From assembly GCA_964638005.1 (NCBI GenBank), contig CAZWXS010000003.1, positions 24,405 through 88,404 on the forward strand: a DNA stretch of 64,000 bases, written 5' to 3'. The notes under the pieces are model-generated. The model saw nothing but the letters and a program-made list of their open reading frames with translations, was not told where the DNA came from and did not search any database. Every line of letters begins with the position of its first letter. The stretch's first letter is position 1. The translations under genes and the position numbers were made by a program. Shown in pieces: positions 39,457 through 48,781 of the stretch. The stretch comes from an uncultured Lachnospiraceae bacterium (GTDB taxonomy: Bacteria; Bacillota; Clostridia; Lachnospirales; Lachnospiraceae).

Positions 39457-40028
39457 ATGAATTATTATTGATCGCAGTCGGTTCAGCATTTGTCAATAAC
39501 GTAGTTCTAAGTCAGTTTTTGGGCATCTGTCCTTTTCTAGGTGTATCGAAGAAGGTGGAGACGGCGGCAGGTATGGGAGCTGCGGTAGTGTTTGTCATTA
39601 CATTGTCTTCTGCGGTGACGGGAGCCATCTATCAGTTTGTACTGACACCGTTAGATATTACCTATCTGCAGACGATTGTTTTTATCCTTGTCATTGCTGC
39701 ACTGGTACAGTTTGTGGAGATGTTTCTCAAGAAAAAGATGAAGGGACTCTATCAGGCACTTGGTGTTTATCTGCCGTTGATTACGACGAATTGTGCGGTG
39801 CTCGGTGTTGCGCTGACCAATGTGCAGAAGTCTTATGATATATTAAGCAGTGTCGTGAACGGATTTGCAACTGCGTTTGGTTTTTTGGTGTCTATCGTCA
39901 TACTGGCGGGCATCAGGGAGAAGACGGAATATAACGATGTACCGAAACCATTTCAGGGAATGCCTATTGTGCTCGTGACTGCGGGTCTGATGGCGATTGC
40001 ATTCTTTGGATTTTCCGGTCTGCTTTAG
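39453..40028 (+). CDS. rnfA: Rnf complex subunit A
   Basis: NNVVLSQFLGICPFLGVS and PLITTNCAVLGVAL. ATGA overlap with rnfE. Confidence 0.95.
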   Translation: MNELLLIAVGSAFVNNVVLSQFLGICPFLGVSKKVETAAGMGAAVVFVITLSSAVTGAIYQFVLTPLDITYLQTIVFILVIAALVQFVEMFLKKKMKGLYQALGVYLPLITTNCAVLGVALTNVQKSYDILSSVVNGFATAFGFLVSIVILAGIREKTEYNDVPKPFQGMPIVLVTAGLMAIAFFGFSGLL

Positions 40029-40040
40029 GAGGATATCAGA

Positions 40041-40841
40041 ATGAATATTACGGGAATTATCATAGCGGTTGCATGTGTAGGCGGAATCGGATTGTTCATC
40101 GGTGTTTTCCTGGGAATTGCGGGAAAGTATCTGGCAGTCGAGACGGACGAGAGAGAAGAGGCTGTTCTTGCGGCACTTCCGGGAAATAACTGCGGCGGCT
40201 GCGGATATGCAGGATGTTCCGGTCTTGCGGCGGCCATTGTCAAAGGTGAAGCACAGCCGGGTACATGTCCGGTCGGCGGCAGTGCAGTGGCAAATGAGAT
40301 TGCACGGATCATGGGACTGGATGCGGGAGAAATGGTGCGTCAGGTCGCTTATGTGAAGTGTAACGGAACGTGTGAAAATACGGTTTCGGATTATGACTAT
40401 ATCGGAATCAAAGACTGCAAGATGCTTGCCTTTGTGCCGAATGGCGGACCGAAGTCCTGCAATTACGGATGTCTGGGATTCGGAACCTGTGTGCAGGCAT
40501 GCCAGTTTGGTGCTATTTCGATCGTTAACGGCGTGGCAGTAGTGGATGCGGATCAATGTAAGGCATGTGGAAAATGTATTGCAGAGTGTCCGAAACATCT
40601 GATCGAGATGATTCCGTACAGCGCGAAGTATGCGGTACAGTGTCATTCGAATGAGAAGGGTGCCATTGTTGCGAAGGCATGTAAGACCGGTTGTATCGGT
40701 TGTGGCTTGTGTGTGAAGGAGTGTCCGGTCGGAGCGATTACAGTAACAGATGCGCTGGCATACATCGATCAGGAGAAATGTACGGGCTGCGGAGCATGTG
40801 CTGAAAAATGCCCTAAAAAGATTATTTCAAGGGTTTATTAG
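40041..40841 (+). CDS. rnfB: Rnf complex subunit B (polyferredoxin)
   Basis: N-terminal TM helix, CGGCGYAGC and several CxxCxxCxxxCP motifs. Confidence 0.95.
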   Translation: MNITGIIIAVACVGGIGLFIGVFLGIAGKYLAVETDEREEAVLAALPGNNCGGCGYAGCSGLAAAIVKGEAQPGTCPVGGSAVANEIARIMGLDAGEMVRQVAYVKCNGTCENTVSDYDYIGIKDCKMLAFVPNGGPKSCNYGCLGFGTCVQACQFGAISIVNGVAVVDADQCKACGKCIAECPKHLIEMIPYSAKYAVQCHSNEKGAIVAKACKTGCIGCGLCVKECPVGAITVTDALAYIDQEKCTGCGACAEKCPKKIISRVY

Positions 40842-41840
40842 TCAGGGGAGAGTAGTATAGACCTGATCGTCTTTTGTAATGAAGACCGCTTCCGTATCGG
40901 GAATGCTTTCAATCAGTGCCATGCTGTCTTCCAGTCCTTTGATGAGACATATGGTGCTGAGTGCATCACAGTCCAGAGAAGAAGCGGAAATGATGGTGAC
41001 GCTGTTTAAGTCGCTGTCTGCAGGATAGCCGGTTGCTGTTGATAATATATGGTGATACAACCGGTCTTCATAGGTGAAGCAACGTTCATAGATGCCGGAG
41101 GTTACGACTGAATTGTCTGCTGCATCGACGGCAGTCATGATGTCTCCTGACGGATCAAAAGGCCGTTTGATACCGATGTGGAACTTGGAACCATCCGGCT
41201 TGGTGCCGATGGTCAGGATGTTGCCGCCAAGGTCGATGATAGCGGATTGTACGCCATGCGCAACGAGATGTTTTTTGAGCCGGTCAGCAATATAGCCTTT
41301 AGCAATGCCGCCCAGATCAATGGAAGCATCGGGATCAAGCAGTGTGACGGTATCGTCGGACAGGATGATATTATGATAGTTGACATGTGTAAGTGCAGAT
41401 GAGATATCTGCTGCAGAGGGTGGGACGGCATGATTTGTGGCTGCTGCCTCTGAATTGAAGTCCCATAGGGCATCGACAGGCGCAATGGTGACATCAAAGA
41501 GTCCATCCGATAATGAGCTGTATTCAATGGCTTTGCTCAGCAGATAAGCAGTTTCCTCGGAAACGGCAACAGGCTGCCCTTTGGAGGTATTGATGCGTCC
41601 TATGTCACTGGTTGCAATGGTCTTACTGAACAGTTGCTCGTAATCCGCACATAGTGAAAAACAGGAATCCAGCAGTTCTGTGTCTTTCGAATCATATAAT
41701 GTGATGGTTACTACGGTATCAAAAGCGAAACCGGTTTTGGATATCGGCGAGATTTCTTTGGAAGAGCATCCGCTGAACAGCAGAAGCAACAGCAGGAAGC
41801 CTATGAATTTTATTTTTAGGGGCTGTATTTTCATTTTCAT
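40842..41840 (-). CDS. apbE: FAD:protein FMN transferase lipoprotein
   Basis: Lipobox LFSGCSS. ApbE pattern FDVTI, IDLGGIAKGY and SGIYER. Its stop codon abuts the rnfB stop (convergent, zero gap). Confidence 0.9.
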   Translation of the reverse strand: MKMKIQPLKIKFIGFLLLLLLFSGCSSKEISPISKTGFAFDTVVTITLYDSKDTELLDSCFSLCADYEQLFSKTIATSDIGRINTSKGQPVAVSEETAYLLSKAIEYSSLSDGLFDVTIAPVDALWDFNSEAAATNHAVPPSAADISSALTHVNYHNIILSDDTVTLLDPDASIDLGGIAKGYIADRLKKHLVAHGVQSAIIDLGGNILTIGTKPDGSKFHIGIKRPFDPSGDIMTAVDAADNSVVTSGIYERCFTYEDRLYHHILSTATGYPADSDLNSVTIISASSLDCDALSTICLIKGLEDSMALIESIPDTEAVFITKDDQVYTTLP

Positions 41841-41975
41841 AGAATTATTTTATCATAAAACATAGAATATGGGACAACTATTTAGAACAAAGCAACATCA
41901 AAGAATCATTCTGAATGGTTGTGATATTTGTCAATCAGAACAAAATACTTAAGAACAATCGCAGGAGTGTCCGGC

Positions 41976-43205
41976 ATGTCAATGAACGGTAGTCATGATA
42001 ATCAAAATGAATATAAGAAAATGGTCAGGATGTGTGTTCTGGCAGGTTCTCTTGTTATGCTGCTTTTCCTGGCGGCTCTTTATCTGAATACAAAGCCTGC
42101 TCATGAGAAGGAGATACCTGTATTACAAAAGGGTGAAGAACAGACGGAAGAGACCACGACCGACAGCGAGGATGAACTGCTTCTCGGACAGAGTGATCTG
42201 ACTTCGGACGATCTGGATTTTTGGGAACTGTATGATGAGGAAGAAGAGGAAAAAGAAGAAAAAGAGGACCAAGAGGAAAAGCAGTCTGCACAATCAAGCT
42301 CTTCATCCAAAGGCTCCGGTTCCGGCAGCTCCAGCAGCTCGAGTAGTTCGAGCAGTTCCAGCAGCTCGAGCAGTTCAAGCAGTTCAAGCAGTACCGGCAA
42401 ATCAACCGAGAGACAGAAAGAGACCAATTCAAAGTATGCAGGAGACGGGAAGCATACATCGATTCTCAATGATGACGGCAAGACAGAGTGGGTGGAACTC
42501 AATGATGCACTTTCACGCAATGCCTATGATATTGAAGAGGGATTCGTAAGAGACGGCGAATTGATGAAATACTATGATGACGGGAAGCAGATTTCGACTG
42601 TCGGCATAGATGTATCGAAGTATCAGGGAGATATCGACTGGGCAAAGGTCAAGGCATCGGGCATACAGTTTGCCATGATCAGGGTCGGATCAAGGGGTTA
42701 CGGATCGGGACAGCTGATCTTAGATGAAAATTGTGCAAAGAATATCCAGGGGGCGATCAACAACGGTATCAAGGTCGGTGTATATTTCTATTCACAGGCC
42801 ACATCTACGGTAGAGGCAGTAGAAGAAGCGAATTTTGTTGTTGCGGCCATTATGAATTATAAGATTACATATCCGGTCGTATGTGATGTCGAGGAAGTCA
42901 AGAACGACACGGCACGTACGGACAAGCTGACAAATGATGAGATCACGCAGTATACAAAGGCTTTTTGCGATACGGTTAAGGGATATGGATATAATCCCAT
43001 GATCTATTCGGATAAGAAGTTTCTGCTGACACGTCTGGATCTGACGAAGCTCAAGGATTATGATATCTGGCTCAACCAGAGTGCGGAGAAGCCGGACTAC
43101 CCATATGAGTTTGATATGTGGCAGTATTCGCAGGTGGGTGTCATAGACGGAATTACAGGTGACGCCGATTTAAATATCAGTTTTGTGAATTATGAAGAAA
43201 AATAG
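41976..43205 (+). CDS. Membrane-anchored GH25 muramidase (lysozyme) with acidic and poly-Ser linkers
   Basis: GIDVSKYQGDIDWAKVKASGIQFAMIRVG and DMWQYS. AGGAG RBS before ATG 41976. Confidence 0.9.
   Translation: MSMNGSHDNQNEYKKMVRMCVLAGSLVMLLFLAALYLNTKPAHEKEIPVLQKGEEQTEETTTDSEDELLLGQSDLTSDDLDFWELYDEEEEEKEEKEDQEEKQSAQSSSSSKGSGSGSSSSSSSSSSSSSSSSSSSSSSTGKSTERQKETNSKYAGDGKHTSILNDDGKTEWVELNDALSRNAYDIEEGFVRDGELMKYYDDGKQISTVGIDVSKYQGDIDWAKVKASGIQFAMIRVGSRGYGSGQLILDENCAKNIQGAINNGIKVGVYFYSQATSTVEAVEEANFVVAAIMNYKITYPVVCDVEEVKNDTARTDKLTNDEITQYTKAFCDTVKGYGYNPMIYSDKKFLLTRLDLTKLKDYDIWLNQSAEKPDYPYEFDMWQYSQVGVIDGITGDADLNISFVNYEEK
42327..42392 (+). repeat. AGC/AGT/TCN trinucleotide run encoding about 22 consecutive Ser
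   Basis: Read directly. Low-complexity linker inside the GH25 gene. Confidence 0.9.
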
Positions 43206-43229
43206 TTAACATAATATCTAAACATTTTT

Positions 43230-43275
43230 AAGAAGACTTATGGACGATTTGATGCGCCATAGGTCTTCTTATTCT
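43230..43275 (+). terminator. Hairpin terminator after the GH25 gene
   Basis: 14-bp stem AAGAAGACTTATGG / CCATAGGTCTTCTT (one G-U pair) with a 13-nt loop. The T-run is weak. Confidence 0.55.
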
Positions 43276-43471
43276 ATATTTAGGGCAAAATTAACGAAAA
43301 TGATACAAAATATTGACTTAAAAATGGGCAAAGATACGAAAATGTAACAAAACGTAATATTTACGTAATATTTTATGGTAAACTGTGGTATAATGTACAA
43401 GAAGTGGTAGAACAGGGTGGGTCGAGGAACATCATATAGACTTTACCCGGAAAATAAAGGAGTATTTATTT

Positions 43472-44170
43472 ATGAAAACCAAGTTCATTCATGCCCGTAA
43501 GGTCATGAAGAGTATTTCAACATTCACATATGTGTATTGTGGAGTTGCAATCATGGGAACGGCACTCATATGTATGTGTTTTTTCCATGATGAGACCATC
43601 AACACAATCGAGCGTACGACAGAAATGGTTAACAACGGAATCTATATGGCAGGCGAGATATTGGAATCCGTATCAGCTAACAATCTGATCAAGACAGAGG
43701 CAACAGATGATACAGCAGCAGAGGAGACGGCGGAAGTTCGAGAAGAATCAGAGGATGTGGCAGTCGAAGGACAGAAGCAGGAAACGGCGCAGGAAGTTGA
43801 ACTGATTCTGCCGGTAGAGGAATATGAAGCATTGTGTAAGATTGTTCAGGCGGAAGCCGGCAACCAGGATGCAAAGGGTAAGCAGCTGATTGCAAATGTT
43901 GTACTGAATCGTGTGGAGAGTGAGCATTTTCCTGATACGGTTCAGGAAGTGATTCTTCAGGACAACGGCGGAATCACACAGTTTTCACCGACCAAGAACG
44001 GCAGTTATCATTCGGCGGAAATTACGATTGATACGATGGCAGCGGTGAATCGTGCGCTGAAAGGTGAGGATCTGTCAGGAGGAGCACTTTATTTCAAGGC
44101 AGGCTCCGAAACCAGTTGGGGAGGACTCACGTTCCTGTTTCAACATGGCGGTCACGTGTTCTTCATGTAG
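43472..44170 (+). CDS. SleB/CwlJ-family cell wall hydrolase (Hydrolase_2)
   Basis: CKIVQAEAGNQDAKGKQLIANVVLNRVESEHFPDTVQEVI...QFSP. N-terminal TM helix and an acidic linker. Confidence 0.88.
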   Translation: MKTKFIHARKVMKSISTFTYVYCGVAIMGTALICMCFFHDETINTIERTTEMVNNGIYMAGEILESVSANNLIKTEATDDTAAEETAEVREESEDVAVEGQKQETAQEVELILPVEEYEALCKIVQAEAGNQDAKGKQLIANVVLNRVESEHFPDTVQEVILQDNGGITQFSPTKNGSYHSAEITIDTMAAVNRALKGEDLSGGALYFKAGSETSWGGLTFLFQHGGHVFFM

Positions 44171-44190
44171 AAATCAGAAAAGGATATTTG

Positions 44191-44232
44191 CAAAACGGCA
44201 TAGTCGGGAGACTATGCCGTTTTGCTTTTTTT
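44191..44232. terminator. Bidirectional intrinsic terminator
   Basis: Perfect 15-bp stem CAAAACGGCATAGTC / GACTATGCCGTTTTG with loop GGGA, then CTTTTTTT. Confidence 0.85.
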
Positions 44233-44428
44233 GAGCAGAAAGATAGAACGTATATTGATACATCTTGACAATCATGTCAATTGGATATATGAAGATTGCA
44301 AAAGATGCAGGCAAAGGAGGTTATCCGAACAAAAAAGTTGGCCAAATCGGTTTAGGAGTAGGCGGTGCTTTGTGTTGTGCCGGTGTCTATGGTTTGACCC
44401 GGAGTGCGGTCTTTGGAATAGGAAGTGA

Positions 44429-45238
44429 TCACTGTGCAGACGTGTTGGACAGTGCATTAAAATGCAGCAGACGTTTGGGCAGTTTGATGGAGGAGTACAA
44501 GTCTGCATAAGCCGAGGGGGATATGCAGTCGATGTAATTGGTTTCGTAATTTCTGGAAATTCCTTGTTTTTTCAGACAGTCAACCGCTTTGTTATAGGCA
44601 ATGGCGGCCTCGATGTCCGTATCAAAACAACCAATCACATAATTGCTTCTGATATGTATGATACTTTTGTATCCGAGTTTTCCGTTTTTTTTAAAGCGGC
44701 TGACACCGGTATAATGGTTGATGATTTCAATGTTTTCATAACGATAATCAGTCGGATCCTGATTGATGAATCTGTAATCCTTGTCCGGTACGGCGTAGGT
44801 CTTGATACCGTATCTGCCCGCAATGCTGACCTGCATACCATAGTCTGCGACAAAGAGATGTCCTCCGCGGGCGGATATCTTATGCTCGGAATAGTAAAAC
44901 AGATCGTCGATATCGAATTTCAATACCATATCTCGGTTCAGATAGTATTCAAAATAGTTGCGGCGCAGATAGATCGGATTTTTGAAATAAACCAGGTTGT
45001 CCCGAAAATTGATCAGGATGATCCATTTTTCAAAGGAAAGAGGACAATCACCATGGTATTCCTCCGGCTTTTGGGCGGAAGAAAGTAGTTTATGCGCGCA
45101 CAGATATGCCAAATGAGCCTTTTGCTCCGTGCTGTAAGAGCCAAGACTGATGTGTTTGTTATGATGCGTTATGGAGGCACGATAGTATATTGTGCCGTCT
45201 TTTTTTCTTGCGGTATAAACGCCCGGTTTGAACGCCAT
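44429..45238 (-). CDS. Protein with two AP2-like DNA-binding domains
   Basis: N-terminal GVYTARKKDGTIYYRASITHHNKHISLGSYSTEQKAHLAY. C-terminal YTGVSRFKKNGKLGYKSIIHIRSNYVIGCFDTDIEAAIAYNKAV. GGAGG lies 6 nt before the ATG at 45238. Confidence 0.75.
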   Translation of the reverse strand: MAFKPGVYTARKKDGTIYYRASITHHNKHISLGSYSTEQKAHLAYLCAHKLLSSAQKPEEYHGDCPLSFEKWIILINFRDNLVYFKNPIYLRRNYFEYYLNRDMVLKFDIDDLFYYSEHKISARGGHLFVADYGMQVSIAGRYGIKTYAVPDKDYRFINQDPTDYRYENIEIINHYTGVSRFKKNGKLGYKSIIHIRSNYVIGCFDTDIEAAIAYNKAVDCLKKQGISRNYETNYIDCISPSAYADLYSSIKLPKRLLHFNALSNTSAQ

Positions 45239-45321
45239 AGACACCTCCGGCAGCAAGGATTCTCATGGGTATAGTATAGCACATGTAGAAAATAAAGGCA
45301 TCGTTTTGTGTACTTTGCATG

Positions 45322-45350
45322 TTGACAAAGAGAGGTCAAATTGATATATT
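45322..45350 (+). promoter_or_regulatory. Promoter for nrdDG
   Basis: TTGACA (45322-45327), 17 nt spacer, TATATT (45345-45350). Confidence 0.65.
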
Positions 45351-45359
45351 TTAATAAGC

Positions 45360-45407
45360 ATACAAGATATAGATTACAAATAGATGCGGCAACACAAAAT
45401 GTAGTGA
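45360..45407 (+). promoter_or_regulatory. Two tandem NrdR boxes
   Basis: ATACAAGATATAGATT (45360-45375) and ACACAAAATGTAGTGA (45392-45407). Starts are 32 bp apart, just downstream of the -10. This matches the NrdR consensus acaCwAtATaTwGtgt as I recall it. Confidence 0.7.
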
Positions 45408-45433
45408 TGATTATAGCGAGGGGAGCAGTAAAA

Positions 45434-47623
45434 ATGAGTGAAAAAGTAGAAAGTGCTTCGGGAGAATCTGTAGATTATTCACAGTTATACAAAACGAAGA
45501 GACCTGTCAAGATGATCAAAAAAGACGGGACAAGGGAAGAGTTCAATGTACAGAAGGTAGTGGATGCAGTCGGCAAGTCGGCATATCGTGCATTGACCAA
45601 GTTCACGGAGGAGGAGAAAAGATATATCTGTGAATGTGTTGTTAAGAGAGTGGATGAGCTGGAGCAGGACGAGATTCCGATTCCGATCATGCATAATATC
45701 GTTGAGAGTGCTCTGGAAGAGGTAAAGCCGATTGTTGCCAAGAGCTATCGTGACTATCGGAATTATAAGCAGGACTTTGTCAGGATGCTGGATGATGTCT
45801 ATAAGAAGAGCCAGTCCATCATGTATATCGGTGACAAGGAAAATTCCAATACAGACAGTGCGCTTGTTTCTACGAAAAGAAGCTTGATCTTTAACCAGTT
45901 AAATAAAGAACTGTATCAGAAGTTTTTTATGACGACCGATGAGATACAGGCATGCCGTGACGGCTATATTTACGTACATGATATGTCGGCAAGGCGTGAT
46001 ACGATGAACTGCTGTCTGTTTGATGTCCAGTCTGTGTTGACAGGCGGCTTTGAGATGGGCAATCTCTGGTATAACGAACCGAAATCGCTGGATGTGGCAT
46101 TTGATGTTATCGGTGATATCGTTCTTTCGGCAGCCAGCCAGCAGTATGGCGGATTCACCGTGCCGAGTGCGGATTTGATTTTGGAGCCGTATGCCGAGAA
46201 ATCATATGCCAAGTATGTGAATAAGTATATTAAGATGGGTGTGGATCAGGAAACGGCTGAGTCACAGGCATATGCCGATGTGACAAAGGAATTCGAGCAA
46301 GGATATCAGGGCTGGGAGTACAAGTTTAATACGGTTGCTTCAAGCAGAGGAGATTATCCTTTTATTACGGTTACGACAGGAACGGGAACAGGCAGATTTG
46401 CAAAGCTTGCGACGATATGCATGTTGAATGTCAGAAGACGCGGACAGGGTAAGGCAGACTGCAAGAAGCCGGTTCTGTTTCCGAAGATTGTATTTCTGTA
46501 TGATGAAAACCTGCATGGACCCGGCAAAGACTTAGAGGATGTATTTGAGGCAGGAGTCAGATGTTCCAGCAAGACGATGTATCCTGATTGGTTGAGTCTG
46601 ACAGGAAAGGGCTATATAGCAAGCATGCACAAGCAATACGGTAAGATTATTTCCCCGATGGGCTGTCGTGCATTTTTGTCACCGTGGTACGAGCGTGGCG
46701 GCATGCATCCGGCTGACGATCAGGATGTCCCCGTATTTGTGGGAAGATTCAACATCGGTGCGGTTTCGCTGCATCTGCCAATGATTTTGGCAAAGGCAAG
46801 ACATGAGAGCAAAGATTTCTATGAGGTGTTGGATTATTATCTGAACCTGATTCGTCGTCTGCACATCAGGACATATGCATACCTTGGAGAAATGAGAGCT
46901 TCCACCAATCCGCTGGCGTATTGTGAGGGAGGATTCCTTGGCGGCCATCTCAGCCTTTCGGATAAGATCAAGCCATTGCTGAAGTCTGCGACAGCATCCT
47001 TTGGTATTACGGCATTCAATGAGCTGCAGCAGCTATACAACGGCAAATCACTCGTGGAAGACGGCGAGTTCGCGATTGAAGTGCTGGAATATATCAATAA
47101 GAAGATCAATGAGTTCAAGGAAGAAGACGGAAACCTGTATGCGATTTATGCGACTCCGGCAGAAAATCTGTGCGGGTTGCAGGTACAGCAGTTCAGAAAG
47201 AAATATGGCATCATCGAAAATGTCTCCGACAGAGAATATGTAAGCAATGGCTTCCACTGTCATGTGACTGAGAATATCACACCGATTCAGAAGCAGGATC
47301 TGGAATATCGTTTCTGGGAGCTGTCGAATGGCGGAAAGATTCAATATGTCAAGTACCCGATTGATTATAATATCGAAGCCATCAAGACATTGATTCGACG
47401 TGCGATGGATATGGGATTTTATGAAGGCGTCAATATGTCACTGGCCTATTGTGACGACTGCGGACATCAGGAACTTGAAATGGATGTGTGTCCGAAGTGC
47501 GGAAGTAAGAACTTGACGAAGATCGATCGCATGAACGGCTATTTATCCTATTCGCGTGTACATGGAGATACCCGTCTGAATGACGCGAAGATGGCAGAAA
47601 TAGCAGAAAGAAAATCAATGTAG
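45434..47623 (+). CDS. nrdD: Anaerobic ribonucleoside-triphosphate reductase
   Basis: N-terminal ATP-cone, Zn ribbon CDDCGHQELEMDVCPKCGS and a C-terminal glycyl-radical region RMNGYLSY. Start at ATG 45434, after GAGGGGAG. Confidence 0.95.
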   Translation: MSEKVESASGESVDYSQLYKTKRPVKMIKKDGTREEFNVQKVVDAVGKSAYRALTKFTEEEKRYICECVVKRVDELEQDEIPIPIMHNIVESALEEVKPIVAKSYRDYRNYKQDFVRMLDDVYKKSQSIMYIGDKENSNTDSALVSTKRSLIFNQLNKELYQKFFMTTDEIQACRDGYIYVHDMSARRDTMNCCLFDVQSVLTGGFEMGNLWYNEPKSLDVAFDVIGDIVLSAASQQYGGFTVPSADLILEPYAEKSYAKYVNKYIKMGVDQETAESQAYADVTKEFEQGYQGWEYKFNTVASSRGDYPFITVTTGTGTGRFAKLATICMLNVRRRGQGKADCKKPVLFPKIVFLYDENLHGPGKDLEDVFEAGVRCSSKTMYPDWLSLTGKGYIASMHKQYGKIISPMGCRAFLSPWYERGGMHPADDQDVPVFVGRFNIGAVSLHLPMILAKARHESKDFYEVLDYYLNLIRRLHIRTYAYLGEMRASTNPLAYCEGGFLGGHLSLSDKIKPLLKSATASFGITAFNELQQLYNGKSLVEDGEFAIEVLEYINKKINEFKEEDGNLYAIYATPAENLCGLQVQQFRKKYGIIENVSDREYVSNGFHCHVTENITPIQKQDLEYRFWELSNGGKIQYVKYPIDYNIEAIKTLIRRAMDMGFYEGVNMSLAYCDDCGHQELEMDVCPKCGSKNLTKIDRMNGYLSYSRVHGDTRLNDAKMAEIAERKSM

Positions 47624-47638
47624 GGGAGGCAGCATATT

Positions 47639-48154
47639 TTGCGTTATCATAACATTACAAAGGATGACATGCTCAATGGAGACGGGCTTAGAGTGGTATT
47701 GTGGGTGGCAGGCTGCTCACATTGCTGCAAGGAGTGCCAGAATCCTATGACATGGGATCCGGACGGAGGACTTCTGTTTGACGAGAAGGCCAAGGAAGAG
47801 ATATTTGCGGAATTGGATAAGGACTATATATCAGGTGTCACATTGAGCGGAGGAGATCCGCTGCATTCGGCAAATCGTATGGATGTCAGGAATCTGGTAA
47901 TCGAAATCAAGGAGAAGTATCCACATAAGACCGTATGGATGTATACGGGAGATCTTTGGGAGAATGTCATGCATTATCCTGTGATGAAGTACGTGGATGT
48001 TCTGGTGGACGGCGAGTTTGAAATCGAACAGCGGGACGTGACGCTGCGATGGAAGGGCAGTGCGAACCAAAGGGTTATCGATGTGCAGAAGTCTCTTAAG
48101 GAGAATGCGCATTTGGGAGAACCGGTCATCTATTGTGAGGATCATTACAAATAA
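47639..48154 (+). CDS. nrdG: Anaerobic RNR activating protein (radical SAM)
   Basis: GLRVVLWVAGCSHCCKEC (CxxxCxxC) and SGGDP. TTG start after GGGGAGG. Confidence 0.92.
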   Translation: MRYHNITKDDMLNGDGLRVVLWVAGCSHCCKECQNPMTWDPDGGLLFDEKAKEEIFAELDKDYISGVTLSGGDPLHSANRMDVRNLVIEIKEKYPHKTVWMYTGDLWENVMHYPVMKYVDVLVDGEFEIEQRDVTLRWKGSANQRVIDVQKSLKENAHLGEPVIYCEDHYK

Positions 48155-48186
48155 TTCAAAAGACGAGGATTTAGGAGACATAAGAT

Positions 48187-48702
48187 ATGAAGAGGATTGC
48201 CAGGTTTTATAAGGTTAGTTTTGAGAGATTTGCAAAGGACTGGGAGGACTGCTTCGGGACAACACCGGAGGAGGATGTCATTCGGATATATGAGAATATC
48301 ATGATTCCGATGCGGGCGACTGCGGGATCGGCAGGCTATGATTTTTACAGTCCGATAGGATTTTCACTGCTGCCGGGAGAGACGATCAAGATTCCGACAG
48401 GTATCCGGGTTGAGATGGAACCTGACTGGGTACTGAAGTGTTATCCGAGGAGCGGTCTTGGGTTCAAGTTCAGACTGCAGCTCAATAATACGGTAGGAAT
48501 CATAGACAGTGATTATTTCTATTCTGATAATGAAGGACATATTTTTTCAAAGCTTACAAACGATTCCAATGAAGGCCGCACTGTAACGATAGAGGCAGGT
48601 ATGGGATTCATGCAGGGAATCTTTGTGGAGTACGGCATAACGGTGGATGATGATGTGACAGATGTCAGAAACGGCGGTTTCGGAAGCACAACCAGACAAT
48701 AA
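48187..48702 (+). CDS. dut: dUTP diphosphatase (dUTPase family)
   Basis: AGSAGYDF, RSG, GIIDSDY and C-terminal RNGGFGST motifs. Confidence 0.88.
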   Translation: MKRIARFYKVSFERFAKDWEDCFGTTPEEDVIRIYENIMIPMRATAGSAGYDFYSPIGFSLLPGETIKIPTGIRVEMEPDWVLKCYPRSGLGFKFRLQLNNTVGIIDSDYFYSDNEGHIFSKLTNDSNEGRTVTIEAGMGFMQGIFVEYGITVDDDVTDVRNGGFGSTTRQ

Positions 48703-48781
48703 TGCAGCACATTTATGAATAATCCCTTCTGTTTTCGGCAAACTATGAAATGTAGTGAGTATGAGAACCGGAGGGATTTTT

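Noticed and set aside
39843-40646. 267-aa ORF on the minus strand across rnfA/rnfB
   Set aside because: It is antisense to two well-supported Rnf genes. The sequence is Arg/Ser/Cys-rich nonsense.
42055-42549. Several overlapping ORFs in both strands over the GH25 linker; the repetitive DNA was also checked as a possible repeat array
   Set aside because: They are artefacts of the Glu-rich and poly-Ser codon repeats inside the GH25 gene. There is no spacer/repeat periodicity, so this is not a CRISPR or other array.
44265-44510. 81-aa plus-strand ORF with a Gly-rich hydrophobic core (GLGVGGALCCAGVYG), briefly considered as a small membrane peptide or bacteriocin-like gene
   Set aside because: There is no Shine-Dalgarno sequence before either candidate ATG. 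It would overlap the 3' end of the AP2-domain gene by 82 nt in convergent orientation. It is left as unresolved 3' UTR sequence.
44462-45088. 208-aa plus-strand ORF
   Set aside because: It is antisense to the AP2-domain gene. It has no RBS and no recognisable motifs.
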